From the human T2T-CHM13v2.0 reference genome, Homo sapiens, in assembly GCF_009914755.1 (NCBI RefSeq), contig NC_060934.1: a stretch of DNA of 64,000 nucleotides, one strand, 5' to 3'. Shown one piece after another: positions 1 through 11,678 of the stretch. The translations under genes and the position numbers were made by a program. Each line of letters begins with the position of its first letter. The first letter of the stretch is position 1. Below the pieces are notes generated by a model, which was not told the DNA's origin, did not search any database, and saw nothing but the letters and a program-made list of their open reading frames with translations.

Positions 1-929
1 GGAGTGCTGAACCAAAGCATTTTTCAATGCAAAGACTTCTCATTGTAACTCATAGAGTTCTTTAAAATTGTTTTGGGGAAGTTTTGAGTGTTACTCTGGC
101 CTTCTCACTTTTATTAAGGCTGCTAAAATGGAGCCATATATAACACAGATTTGAAAACATAATCAATATAGCACTTGGAATTGTTACTTGTAAATATGAG
201 AATTCTAACATCTCCTGGAATATTGCAAGTTCTGTGAAACTATTTTTTTACAAAAGCAAATTATAATTTATTTTTATAATAACTGCCTGGACATTCTGAT
301 AAAATCATTTCCAAATAAATTTGTCCTCATTGAATCTAAAATAGTAAATGAACTATTTAACTAACTATGCAATTTTGATTAGAGACCAAGAAAATCATGA
401 CAGTTATAAAGGCTTGAGAGACTATCAAAATAGAGTGCTCCTTATGCCTAGCTTTTTTTTTTTTTTCTTTTACATGGACACTGCTAATTGGAAATAACTT
501 GAGATAAGCTCAGATGAATGTTTCCATTAACACAAAGCAGTTGGGGAAGACTAAGGCCAGAGGTTATTTTATTATATTCTTAAAAGACATATATGTCTTA
601 TAAGGTTTGGCTTTTGTTCTTAAAATACTAGACCATTCAAAAATTGTTATTAAATATATTCAATAAAACAAGAAGTACCTAATTTTTTTTGGAAGGGAAA
701 GAAAATCTATAAATAATGGCTAAGTGAAGGGAGGTCGCAGACTGTCTAAATTCAGCCATGTTCCTGCCTTGTTACTGACCATTTTATTGCAAAGTGAAAC
801 AGTGTGACATATTGCACTGGAATAATGATCCTGAAAAGCAGGAAATAATAGCTTTAAGTTAGGGAATATACTAGCATACAAACCAGGTATTAAATCTTAT
901 TTGTGTAAAAATGCATGTTTTTACAAAAA

Positions 930-1117
930 TGCTTTTATGAATGAATTGAGTATTTTATGAGGGATACACAAATAAATGTTACTAGTGAATGATTGCCTCC
1001 AGAAAAGGGAACTGGAGAACAGGGATGGGAGAGAGACTTACCTTTCAATGTACATTCTCTTGTACTTCCTGAATTCTATATCACATGCATGTATTTTCTA
1101 TTAAAATTATTTATTTA
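930..1117 (+). mobile_element. Ancient L1ME-type 3' end fragment
   Basis: ttgcctc...gggaactgg...ggagagagactt...ttgtacttcctgaatt...catgcatgtatt pattern ending in A-rich sequence. Confidence 0.5.
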
Positions 1118-1128
1118 AAAAATGCTCT

Positions 1129-1429
1129 AGCTGGGTGTGGTGGCTCAGGCCTGTAATAGCTATACTTTGGGGGGTTGAGGCAAGCAGATCACTTGAGGCC
1201 AGGAGTTCAAGACTAGCCCAGTCAAAATCACGAAACCCCATCTCTACAAAAAATACAAAAATTAGCTAGACGGGGTGGCACAGTCCTGTAATCCCAGCTA
1301 CTTGGGAGGCTGAGGCATGAGAATCGCTTGAACTCAGGAGGCAGAGGTTACAGTGAGCCGAGATCGTGTCACTGCACTACAGCCTGGGTGACAGAGCGAG
1401 ACTCTGAGATTCTGTCTCAAAAACAAACA
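1129..1429 (+). mobile_element. Alu (old S/J type), full length
   Basis: Two arms with an A-rich linker; degenerate TSD aatgctcta/aatgttcta. Confidence 0.93.
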
Positions 1430-2142
1430 ATGTTCTAAGCAGACAACTCCAATTTCTATCATTTCTACAATCAAACAAATATTCAAATCAAAAACTAAAC
1501 TCAAAAAAGATTTGTATTTAAAAAAGAAAAATCTTCCAAGTCTCCTCAAATACATGACATTAGGATTTGAACTCAAAGGTAACATGATGTAGGAGCACTT
1601 ATTTTCCACGGATAACTATGGAAACACATTCAGTTAATTAATAAGACTCCAAAATTATTTAAGTATATACTTATAGTGAAATACTTTATAAAAAATAAAT
1701 AATACTACGCAAGAGAGTTATTAATATTTTACAGATGAGAAAACTAAGGGTCAGCTGACTACATAATTTATTCAAAGTCACAAGGCTGGTCCTCTACATA
1801 GGGCAAATTATAGTAACATTTCTGCTGTGTAGTAAACTAATGAATGATTTCAATCCTTACTAGAACCTATGTTTGGAAGATTTACACTTCAGTCACTTTA
1901 GTGTTTTGCTTTAAACATAAACATCTTTTATGGAAGGCTGTTCATATTGTCATCAGTATGCTTTAAGCAGTTCATAATTTATAGCAATGTTTAATGTTGC
2001 TCAAGTATCCATTTGAAATGCATTATAGTTTCACTGAAAATGACCCTTTTGGGAAGGCAGCCTTCTGGAAATGGCAATACATTTCTAGTGTTTTTAAAGG
2101 ATATTTTAAAAATGGCAGTCAAGTCATTTATGAGTTTTATCT

Positions 2143-2748
2143 TGTTGCCTGACAATTTTTACCACAAACTGAAAGACTTAAAACCAACTTATCTCACAGT
2201 TTTGGTAGTGAGAAGTGTGGGGACGGCATGACTAGGATCTTTGCTTAGGGACTTACAGGCTGAAATCAAAGTGTCAGCCATGCTTCCTTTTCACCTGGAG
2301 CTAGAGGTCCTCTTCCCAGCTCATGTGGTTGTGACAGAATTCAGTTCCTTGCTGTTGTAGGACTGAGGTCCCCACTTCCTTACTTGATGTCAGCTAGGAG
2401 TTGCTCTACATCCCTGGAGTCCACCTGCATTCCTTGCCATGCAGCCTGCTCCATTCTCAAAGCCCGTAACAGGAGATCTCTCTTGAGTCCAATCCCAATC
2501 ACATTTCAAATCCCTATCTCAAGAGGAGCCTAATTTCTTTTAAGGACTTGCCTGATTAGGTCAGGCCCACACAGGTAAGTTTTCTCTCTTAAAGTCAAAT
2601 GATTTGAGATGTTAATTATAGTTACAAATTCTCTTCACAGCAGCACTTTTATTAGTATTTGATTGTATATTGATTGAGTAACTGGGAGAAGATGCTACCA
2701 GGGGTGGAAAACTTGGGGGATGTAAATGCAGTATAAACATTCCCACCA
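2143..2748 (-). mobile_element. MaLR LTR, MLT1E-like
   Basis: ttatctcacagtt...ggctgaaatcaaagtgtcagcc...gaattcagttccttg...ggactgaggtcccc...gattaggtcaggcccac motifs. Confidence 0.75.
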
Positions 2749-3290
2749 CCACCACCAATCCTGTCCCCATCCCCTACTCTCTTCCCCTGGTGAGCTATCC
2801 TTCCACCAAAAAGTCAAAGAAGGGATTACATTACCATGTTACTTATATTTATTTATATAGAGTTAAATTTAAATAAGAAATTTAAATTTGGCTTTCCTGT
2901 TCATTTGAGTCTTAAAGGTCTAGGTGCAAGAGAATTTAGTTTCCCTATCTGCACTTTATAGTTGGGATAATTGATGGTCAGGGAGATGAAATTATTGGCC
3001 TCCTCAAGTTACATGGCATCCCTATCTTCATATTTTAGGTCCATGGTTTTAAATTTACTGCAGAATTTTATTTCTATAATATATTAAATATCACAATTTT
3101 TAGGTTAGTTTTATTTTTCATGATCTCTAAAAAGAACTGTTTTTTTTTCAAACCTGTGGACAAATATCGCAGAAAATAATAAAATGCAATGGTCTTACTG
3201 TTGTATGCCCGCATGAGAAAGAATTTCATTTACATCAAGAGGACCACATTGTGAAAAGCATTTATATACATTTTTTTCTATAGGAACTTA

Positions 3291-3623
<333 letters not shown>

Positions 3624-4044
3624 TTATGATTCTTTATGGAAATCCAGAAAACAGAAACGAACTATTTTTGAAGTTTGTTTAATTAAGGCAACACTTCATT
3701 TGCCATTTTCATCTTCTGTGTGTTGGTTAATGTCAATGTGGGTGTGTTTCAGGACTTCAAGATTTTATCTTACTCAAGGTGCAACCACTCTTTATGATCG
3801 AAACAACATGGCTGGTTCAGGTGACAATGTTAAAGCCACATCCAGTATGATGTAGAATTAATGGAAAATAATCTTCTATTAATCAAAAAGTACGCTGTAA
3901 TTTTCGTAGGACCAACCAGACTCCATCTTAACTCTTTCTTCTCTCAAAGTTTTAAACATAGCTGAAGTTATTGGATGGATGCTGTCTGTAAGAACAGATT
4001 GATAATTTCAGAATGTGAGTCACAGGGAAAGTGGAGTTCCATAG

Positions 4045-4222
4045 AACCATTGAAGGTAGCAAGGTAAAAAGGACCATAGGTAACTTCTCCTTTTACAAAT
4101 GATGAAAGTGGATCTCAGAGAAGTTAAGGAATCTGCCTAAGGGCACACAGCTCAAGAAGTGATAGAACTGAGATGTGAATATCAATCTTTTGGTTCTAAA
4201 TTCAGTCCTCTTTAGTTCACCA
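4045..4222 (-). mobile_element. MIR/MIR3 fragment
   Basis: ttttacaaatgatgaaagtggatctcagagaagttaagg...cacacagct core. Confidence 0.7.
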
Positions 4223-5084
4223 ATTGCATCTGTTGGTGCAAAATGTATTGTTTCCAGTTTTTCACAGGTATTGCCATTTTTTACAACCACAGCAAGTATT
4301 TGGGAATAAAGATATGGTTTGAATTTTGTGAATCCTTACCTGTTTCACAAGCTCAGATCCCTGTCTCTATTTTCATTTCCCCAAGCCTCTTTTATGGGCT
4401 GCTGCCATCCATGTGAACCTCACTCTAACCAACTGCACATGATAATTTCCTTTGGTCTGAATGTGTACAATATGCACCAAGGTCAGTATTATTCCAAGGG
4501 GTGGGGTGATGAGAGTGGTCCACCTGCTCAACAGTAAACACAGTAATCCTTTGTACTTAGACCAAGAGAATATTTTTGGGAGGAGGAGGAATATTTTATT
4601 ACTGATATTTGTAACTTCTAGTAAATAGAGACAATAAAAAGCAGATTGACTTTTAGTCACTTTTATTATTGTTTCTAAGTTTTTTATAGACCTGTCCTCC
4701 CAATGGCCCCTGTGACGCTGTCCTGGATTAAAGTACAGGAATCCCGGAATTGCTGCTTACATCTTACACACTTTCAGCCTTTCTAGAAAGTGCTCCTTAT
4801 TAGACAGAAGAGAGAAAGGGAGGCAAAACACAATCATAATTTTTGAAAGCACAAATGCTTAAAAATTGAAATTATATATGAAATGTATAATATATCCCAA
4901 AATATCACTAGGAAAACAACTTCGGTAAGGAAATTGATTGTTAGACACCAGAATCTTATGAATTTTTCTGGGTTTATATGTGATTTTACACTTACTGTGT
5001 CCCCAGCAAGAAAGATATTTTAGTTTTGCTTGTCACCGGGCTCACAGAGAAGTGAATATTTTAATGCATTTTGAGTAGAAGCAG

Positions 5085-5308
5085 CGCTGCATAGGGTATT
5101 AAGACAGCCTGGGTCAAATCTGGACAATGTGACCACGGGCAAATTATCTAGTCTGGCCAAGCATCAGTTTCTCCATCTATAAAACATAAATGAGTAATAG
5201 TGCCTATCTTACAGAGTAAGTGTGGGGATTAAAATCAATTACATAAAGGGCTTAGCCCTGTGCTGGCACGTATTAAATAATAAATGTTGACAATCATCAT
5301 TGTCATCA
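5085..5308 (+). mobile_element. MIR
   Basis: gcctgggtcaaatc...gtgaccacgggcaaatta...tcagtttctccatctataaaa...ctggcacg core. Confidence 0.75.
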
Positions 5309-5659
5309 TCCAGGCTAAAAGATATTAAATGTAAAAAAAAAAAGATTTTTAGTCTGACACAAAATTCTGGTTGTTTTCTTCATTTCTCACAAATATGAAA
5401 TGAAAACACCAGTACAGGTATTTAAGGACATAACCCCAACTTAGTTGTGATTAAGATTTTTATTTAGCAAATTTCTCCAAGGGCACTAGATGGCGACCTT
5501 GTCCTTTAAGAAAAAAAAAAAAAATCTAAGGTTTCATTAATTCTCTGCTTTGACATATTACTGCTACAGATTTAGAAGTAAGAAACAGAAAGTAAGGTCA
5601 CATCTTTCAACACTGGATCATCAGAATCATAAGAGTTTCTAAATTTTCTGGATCTAGGC

Positions 5660-5835
5660 TAGGAGCAGCATGGGACGGAAAGCATGCTTCGTGGGTATTA
5701 GGCGTCCTGGACTCAAACTTCTGCCCTTGAAGTGATCTTGGACTTTCCCTCTCAAGATCTAATTTTCCTCCTTTGTAATATGAGGTTGTTGGGTTAGATC
5801 ATCTTCAAAGTTCTTTCAGCTGTAATATACTATGA
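5660..5835 (+). mobile_element. MIR3-like fragment
   Basis: gtgatcttggac...ttttcctcctttgtaatatgagg...tagatcatcttcaaagttctttcagct. Confidence 0.55.
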
Positions 5836-7203
5836 CATGTTTTTTAATAATTCAGTGTTTATTCTTCTACCAGCATGTCTTTTCTCAAGCTTTCCTTGTG
5901 GTCTAAATTAAATACTTCTTAAGCCAATGGACAAGATTTAACGTCACTAGCAATCAACATTATTTAAATTAAAACTGACCTATTCAAAAATGGTTTTATT
6001 TTGGAAGATGGGGATGAATTTTGGGTTTTGAGGTGCATGCGTGAAATCTAAGTTTAAAGGTTTATTTTTTAATAAGCAGAAGAAACATTTGAATATCTTC
6101 ATTTAAGATAGTGTAAGACTTGGAAAAAACCTTTTAAGAGTCATTTTAAAACTATTTTTTTCTTCTGTAAATAAAGTTAAAGCTATGCCTAGATTTTTGA
6201 ATGTGATCAAAGGTTTTTTCTAATGTATTATTTTTAAATGTCAATTATTTTAGTGTGTGTAAAATGATAATAGCAGATTAAGTTCATAGACAGAAGCAAC
6301 AGAATAGCAACTGTCAACAACACTAAGAACCCTTTCTCAAACATCAGTAGACATAGCCAGACTTTAGCATCTGGTGCAATTAAGAAATTCAGATGTGGTT
6401 TAAAACATTTTTAATGTACAATAATCAGATAAGTAGAATAGTAAATAATAAATCTCCAGAATAAAATATACACCTGTTTTTCCTTTATTTAGTTGTTTCA
6501 GAAAAGGTAGAATAATTTTTTTTTTGTAAGTAGCCAGTAATTATACATTGATTTTTCTTTTTTAAGAAAAGTTACAATTTAGGAAAGAATCTCCTGGTAT
6601 CTTAGTTGCAACTATTTTTTTCCTTAAAAAAATTACCAATGTGTTGACTATTATCAGAAGAAATACTTCTCATTCCCTATCAAATCAAACTCTCAAATAG
6701 TGACTTATGTTATGTAAATGCTCTCTGTGATACATAGATATAAAAAAGGAAATTGTAAGAATCCGTGAATACGCGATTATTCTACTGTGCAGAATAATCC
6801 TTTTAGCATAGGGTAGATGGTGGATGCACAGGTAAGACCTAAACACAGATAATTAAAGATGCAATTTCTCCCCCAAACTGGAACTGGTAGTGTGACCCAG
6901 CTTAGCACTGGTGGCCACCACTTCTGAGCCATTGAGGAAGAGATTGTGATATAATTTGGATGCTCTGTATACAAGACTGAAGGGTAGTAGATGGAAAAAA
7001 AGCCAGACACAAAAAGTTTACAGTTAACACATGGCCTTTCTCTTTTCCGTAATCATTTGGCTCATTACCCTATGTTCATCCAACTTCCCCACCAACAATT
7101 TTAGTTCACTCTGTCCAGTAAGGCTTTACGCTGAAAAACCTTGGAACTGGTATTGCCCTGTCATTCTTACTAGGGTCAGAACCATGAGACTTCAAAGTAA
7201 CTA

Positions 7204-7237
7204 ACACACACACACGCACACACACACACACACACGC
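7204..7237. repeat. (CA)n microsatellite with CG interruptions
   Basis: 34 bp of uninterrupted purine-pyrimidine alternation. Confidence 0.95.
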
Positions 7238-7902
7238 CTTCCTTTCTGAATCCATCCAGGCATCAAAAATAGAAAAGAAGTAAAAGTCAAAGACCAAGAT
7301 GAATTTGTGCAGGTTACTGTCTAAAGGCAGTTTAATATTTACGAAATGTCACACACATACACACACACTCACACTCTTTAGGATCCAGTTACAAGCGCTG
7401 CGTCATCCGCCAGATCACATGGTAATTGTTGCTATTTCAAGGATCAAGTGGCATAAATCTCCCCCCCCCACCCCACCCCCTTCCCTTGGTACCATATAGC
7501 GTGGAAGAGTGAGTTTTGTGTGATGGAGTGGGACCAGGCTCTCTGATCCAACCCTCTGCTAGCAACTCGGCTGTCGGTGGGGTGGCGCGCGCGTATTCTC
7601 ACGGAGTGACTAGGAGAGGGGGACGAGGGAGGGGGTCTCAGGGGAGGAAGGGCAGCTCTAATTGGTTTCTCAATGAAAGATAATCACCTACTCCCCAGAG
7701 AGGCTGGAGATTAGCACTCTGCCTCTCCTCTCCATCGCTTTTAGACTTCTCATCCTCCCCTCGGTGCTTTTAGTCCATTCAGCAGAAGCGGATCGAAGCA
7801 GGAGGCTCCCCGCGCCGCATTAGGGGCGCACTCCGCCGCGCTCGAGTACTTAGCGCCCATTCACTCGCTCACCCGCGCTCTCCGCTGCCGGCTGCCGTCC
7901 CA

Positions 7903-7938
7903 GCCGCCGCCGCCGCCGCCGCTGCCGCCGCCGCCGCC
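7903..7938 (+). repeat. (GCC)6 GCT (GCC)5 trinucleotide repeat in 5'UTR
   Basis: Read directly; ends 35 nt before the ATG. Confidence 0.95.
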
Positions 7939-7973
7939 CGAGAAAAAGTTTCGCGGAGGGGCTCAGTGAAAAA

Positions 7974-8239
7974 ATGAGCGAGCTAGAGGAAGACTTTGCC
8001 AAGATTCTCATGCTCAAGGAGGAGAGGATCAAAGAGCTGGAGAAGCGGCTGTCAGAGAAGGAGGAAGAAATTCAGGAGCTGAAGAGGAAACTCCACAAAT
8101 GCCAGTCGGTGCTCCCAGTGCCCTCGACCCACATCGGCCCCCGGACCACCCGGGCGCAGGGCATCTCGGCCGAGCCGCAGACGTACAGGTCCTTCCACGA
8201 CCTCCGACAGGCATTCCGGAAGTTCACCAAGTCCGAAAG
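7974..8239 (+). CDS. PRKG1: cGMP-dependent protein kinase I, alpha-isoform first coding exon (residues 1-89; codon 89 split, phase 2)
   Basis: Translation MSELEEDFAKILMLKEERIKELEKRLSEKEEEIQELKRKLHKCQSVLP...PRTTRAQGISAEP...FTKSER is the PKG-Ialpha N-terminus. Heptad L12/I19/L26/I33/L40/L47, Cys43 (TGC 8100-8102), pseudosubstrate RAQGIS. Donor AG|GTAGGC with GT at 8240-8241. Confidence 0.98.
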
Positions 8240-10994
8240 GTAGGCGCGGAGGCCGTGGGCCCGGGCGCTCGTCCCGGCCCGCGGCGCAGAGGCTGGGGGC
8301 TCTGGCCGCGGCGGCGGGGGCGGGTCGGCCCAGGGCGCCCCCTGCTCGCTGCGGCGCGCGGAGTGGGGGTGGCCCCGCGGCCCGGGAATGGGAAGTGTTT
8401 ATTTTTATTTCTGCCCATCACGTGCTGTGCTTGTCTCCGCCGGGCTGGGAAAGGCGAGCTGCACGGGGAGACGCGCCCCTGTGGCGTGGGGGTGGGGAGG
8501 AGGACCGCGGAAAGTTTACTCGCGCGGGCTAACTTGTGCCCTCCACACATGGCTGCAGTCGCGCGGCTGTCCTTCGTGCGCCCCGCTGGGAGCGTCCACG
8601 CAGGGACCCAACCCTGCCCATCCAGGGGCCTGGAGAGCTTCCCAGCGGCGACCCCCCGGACTCAGGCCACTGGACATGCTCAGTGGGGCTGTCCGAGCCT
8701 CCTAGGGAGGGGCGACTGGAGGCTGGACAGGGTTGGGCTCAACTTAGGGACTGAACTTGCCCAGAACCCGAGCTTTGCTGGCGGACGCGGGGACGGGGAG
8801 AGGCGGGACAGGGGCTTGTCTCTAGGGCAGGGATCCAGCCTGGAGCGTGGGGGCGAGGAGGGGAGAGGTTTATTCACAGGGTCACTTTCAAGGCAGCTGT
8901 GATGTCAGCAAGACATTGCAAAGAAACCCCACCTTCTGGACGTTTCTTTGCTCTGATTGTGCCTCTTCCAGAAGTTCAACACCTAAGGCTGCTCTAGGCT
9001 TGGAGTCCGCTCAGTGACCTTGCACCTGAAGCAGATTTGAGGCTGCTCGTCAGCCCTGTCCCAAGGTGGATAGTGCGCCCTCCCTTTTTGTTTTCCCCTG
9101 AGTCCCTCCCTGGAAAAGTTGGGATGAAGAAGGCGGAGGGGTGAGGGTAGGCTGTTTCTCCGGACGCCTCTGGGCTCCTTCCTTTCCTCCTCTCCGGCAC
9201 TTTAAGACACAAATCCTGCCAGTTCAAAGTTGTATGTCACTCCTTTGGGGTGTGCAGAGGAGGCTGGGTGGATTTTGGCCACAAGTAGGAAGCTTTTGCA
9301 CTCCATTCGTCGCCTTCACCGGAGAAGGCTGATCGATTGGCTGCAGCATTAAAGCGCCTCTGGACATTAGGGAGAGGAAGTGCAGACTCCAAAGCCCATT
9401 ACTGGCTTTTAGTCCCTGGAAGTGCAGGGCCGAAAATGCATTTCTCAGGATATTGAATATTCCATTAGGCGTGCCTTCATGCCCGCCTACCTCTCTTAAT
9501 CTTTCCCTCTTCTTAGATCATTTGCTGTCTGAGTTTGGGGCCCTCAGGGGACTCCTAAACTAGTCCTCCTCTCTCCGTTTAGCTCTCTCACTTTTGAGGC
9601 AAGCTCTTCTGAAGAGCATGTCCTTTCCACTGTCCCCATCCAGGTCAGCTCCAGGGCGCTTAGTGTCTGCCACTGGCCCACTGCACCTCCTCCGTGTCTG
9701 CCTCTGGAGTCCCTCTTGTGTATTGATTATATGGGATGGGGAGCCAGGGAGGCTGAGCAGCGGTTCAGAGTTATTAGAAGAAGACCAGGAGCTGGGAGCC
9801 AGAGTGGGGAGAAAAACAGGAATCAGGCAGAAAGGACTCCTCTTAAGGAATTGTGGGACCTTCTGAACAGCCATCTCAGAAGACAGCTTTCAGATTTCCT
9901 GAGTGACATAGTGACATTCCACTTACGAATTAACACTGTGTACATGGCACCTTTGGGCCCATCTTGCCTTGAAAGTCCCTGTTGGATGGAACAGTGGCAT
10001 TTTCCTTCCTTTTCTCAGGACTGCAAACAGACCTAATATTTGGCCTTGCCCTTGCCTGGGAAGCTGCTGCTGAGTCTTGTCTCAGCCGTGCTGTGCATTC
10101 CGAGCGGCTGCCCTGCCCTGCGCTCAGCAGCTGGAATCAATCTGCCCACCTCCTTAAGAAGCCACTTCATCAGCGGTCACCCGGCAGCTGCTCGCCTCCC
10201 AGGGCTGCCGGGCTAGGGCTTTATCGCATTTTTGAAATTTCAGATTTCTGTGTCTGGGCTATGCCCCTCGAACAGTAACAGCACCGCTTTGCAGCAGGGA
10301 GGAGATTTCACCAGGATATGGAGGGGACAGGAGAAAAGCCCTCCTTCCCAGAGTCCACTGTCATTCAGGATTTGCTCTCAAAGAGGCAAGAAATCTCTAA
10401 GAATGAAAGGAGGTGTTTTGTTGTTGTTGTTGTTTTTTGTATGTACTGGGAGGAAATGGCTAATCTTGGGTATGCACACATCATCCTTCTTCTGTCCTTC
10501 TCTCTTCCCCTCCCTTTCCCAACATTTTCATGTTAGGGGTAGGAACATTCATCATGAGTGGATCATGCGCAGTAGCCGTCAGTGCATATTTGTGTCTACA
10601 GCAAATAGCTGGAGTACTTTTCTACTTCCTCTCTGTGCTGATTTACACTGGGAGTGAGGGTAAACTTTTTCCCACTCAGCGTTTAGTTTCATACTTTCAA
10701 ATAGAAGTGTGGAGTTTATTTTCAGCAAGCTGACTCATTAGAGTTTAAAAATTTTTGACAGGTATAATATATGGGGAGAGTAAACATTAGAATTATGTAC
10801 TCTTCTTGGCACTTAAAGAGACAGTACTAAATTGTCCTTGGCTAGATACCTTATTTTGGCCAAGAAAGGAAATAATTTATTAAAGGATTTCTGGGATACA
10901 ATATTTAATATGAAACAAGATACTTTTAAAATAAAAATTGTTTAAAAATGTTCAGATAAGGATTTGACAAGTAGATATTCCATCACCTCACCTG

Positions 10995-10997
<3 letters not shown>

Positions 10998-11027
<30 letters not shown>

Positions 11028-11136
11028 CGGAGTCTCGCTCTGTCGCCCAGGCTGGAGTGGAGTGGTGCGATCTCCGGCTCACTGCAAGCTCCGCCTCCCG
11101 GGTTCACGCCATTCTCCTGCCTCAGCCTCCCGAGTA
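10998..11136 (-). mobile_element. 5'-truncated AluY (3' ~113 bp plus 26-nt pure tail)
   Basis: AluY-diagnostic gcaagctccgcctcccgggttcacgccattctcc; perfect 12-bp TSD CACCTCACCTGT at 10984-10995 and 11137-11148. Confidence 0.93.
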
Positions 11137-11339
11137 CACCTCACCTGTTTTTTGTAAAAGGCTGTGCCGTTCTGAAGGGCATGCTGGGGCTGAAACAGAA
11201 TGCGTTATTGCAAAGCTTGTGTTCAGTTATGATTTCTGTAGCATTTGAATGATAACTATTCATGCTACAGATTCATTTCAAACTTTATCAAAATACCCAG
11301 TTTTTATACCAACAAGAACAGAAATGTAGCCTGAAAGTG

Positions 11340-11678
11340 CAGTCGGCCCCTTCTATCCATGGGTTCCACATCTATGGATTCAACCAACTGAGGATCAAAA
11401 CTATTCAGGAAAAAAAAAAAAAAAAGAATGATTGTGCCTGGACTAAACATGTATAGCCTTTTCTTCTAAACAATACAGTATAACAACTATTTACATATAA
11501 TTTATATTGCATTAGGTGTTATAAGTAATCTAGAGATGAGTTAAAGTGTATGAAAGGATGTGTGTAGGTTTTATGCAAATACTACACCATTTTATATAAA
11601 GGACTTGAGTATCTGTGGATTTTGGTATCCTCGGAGGTCCTGGAACCAATCGCCCATGGATACTGAAGGATGACTCTG
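11340..11678 (-). mobile_element. MER2 (Tigger-family MITE)
   Basis: cagtcggccc...ggattcaaccaac...aagtaatctagagatg...ggtcctggaaccaatc...ggatgactctg, with terminal inverted repeats. Confidence 0.85.

Larger units (their letters stand above)
7568..8790. promoter_or_regulatory. CpG island / PRKG1 alpha promoter, 5'UTR and start of intron 1
   Basis: Abrupt switch from AT-rich to GC/CpG-dense sequence. G-rich Sp/KLF-type tracts, reverse CCAAT (ATTGG 7661-7665), E-boxes CACATG 7416-7421 and CACGTG 8419-8424. No ATG between 7676 and 7973. Confidence 0.9.

Noticed and set aside
2572-2580. Perfect CAG|GTAAGT donor
   Set aside because: Upstream of the gene, inside an MLT1 LTR, with no associated exon evidence.
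7850-8032. Antisense 60-aa ORF with poly-Arg
   Set aside because: Simply the reverse frame of the GCC repeat and exon.
8099-8902. 267-aa ORF overlapping exon 1alpha in another frame, plus neighbouring ORFs at 8224-8877
   Set aside because: Low-complexity G/R/P/A composition expected from stop-poor CpG-island DNA; it runs through the splice donor and has no recognisable domain.
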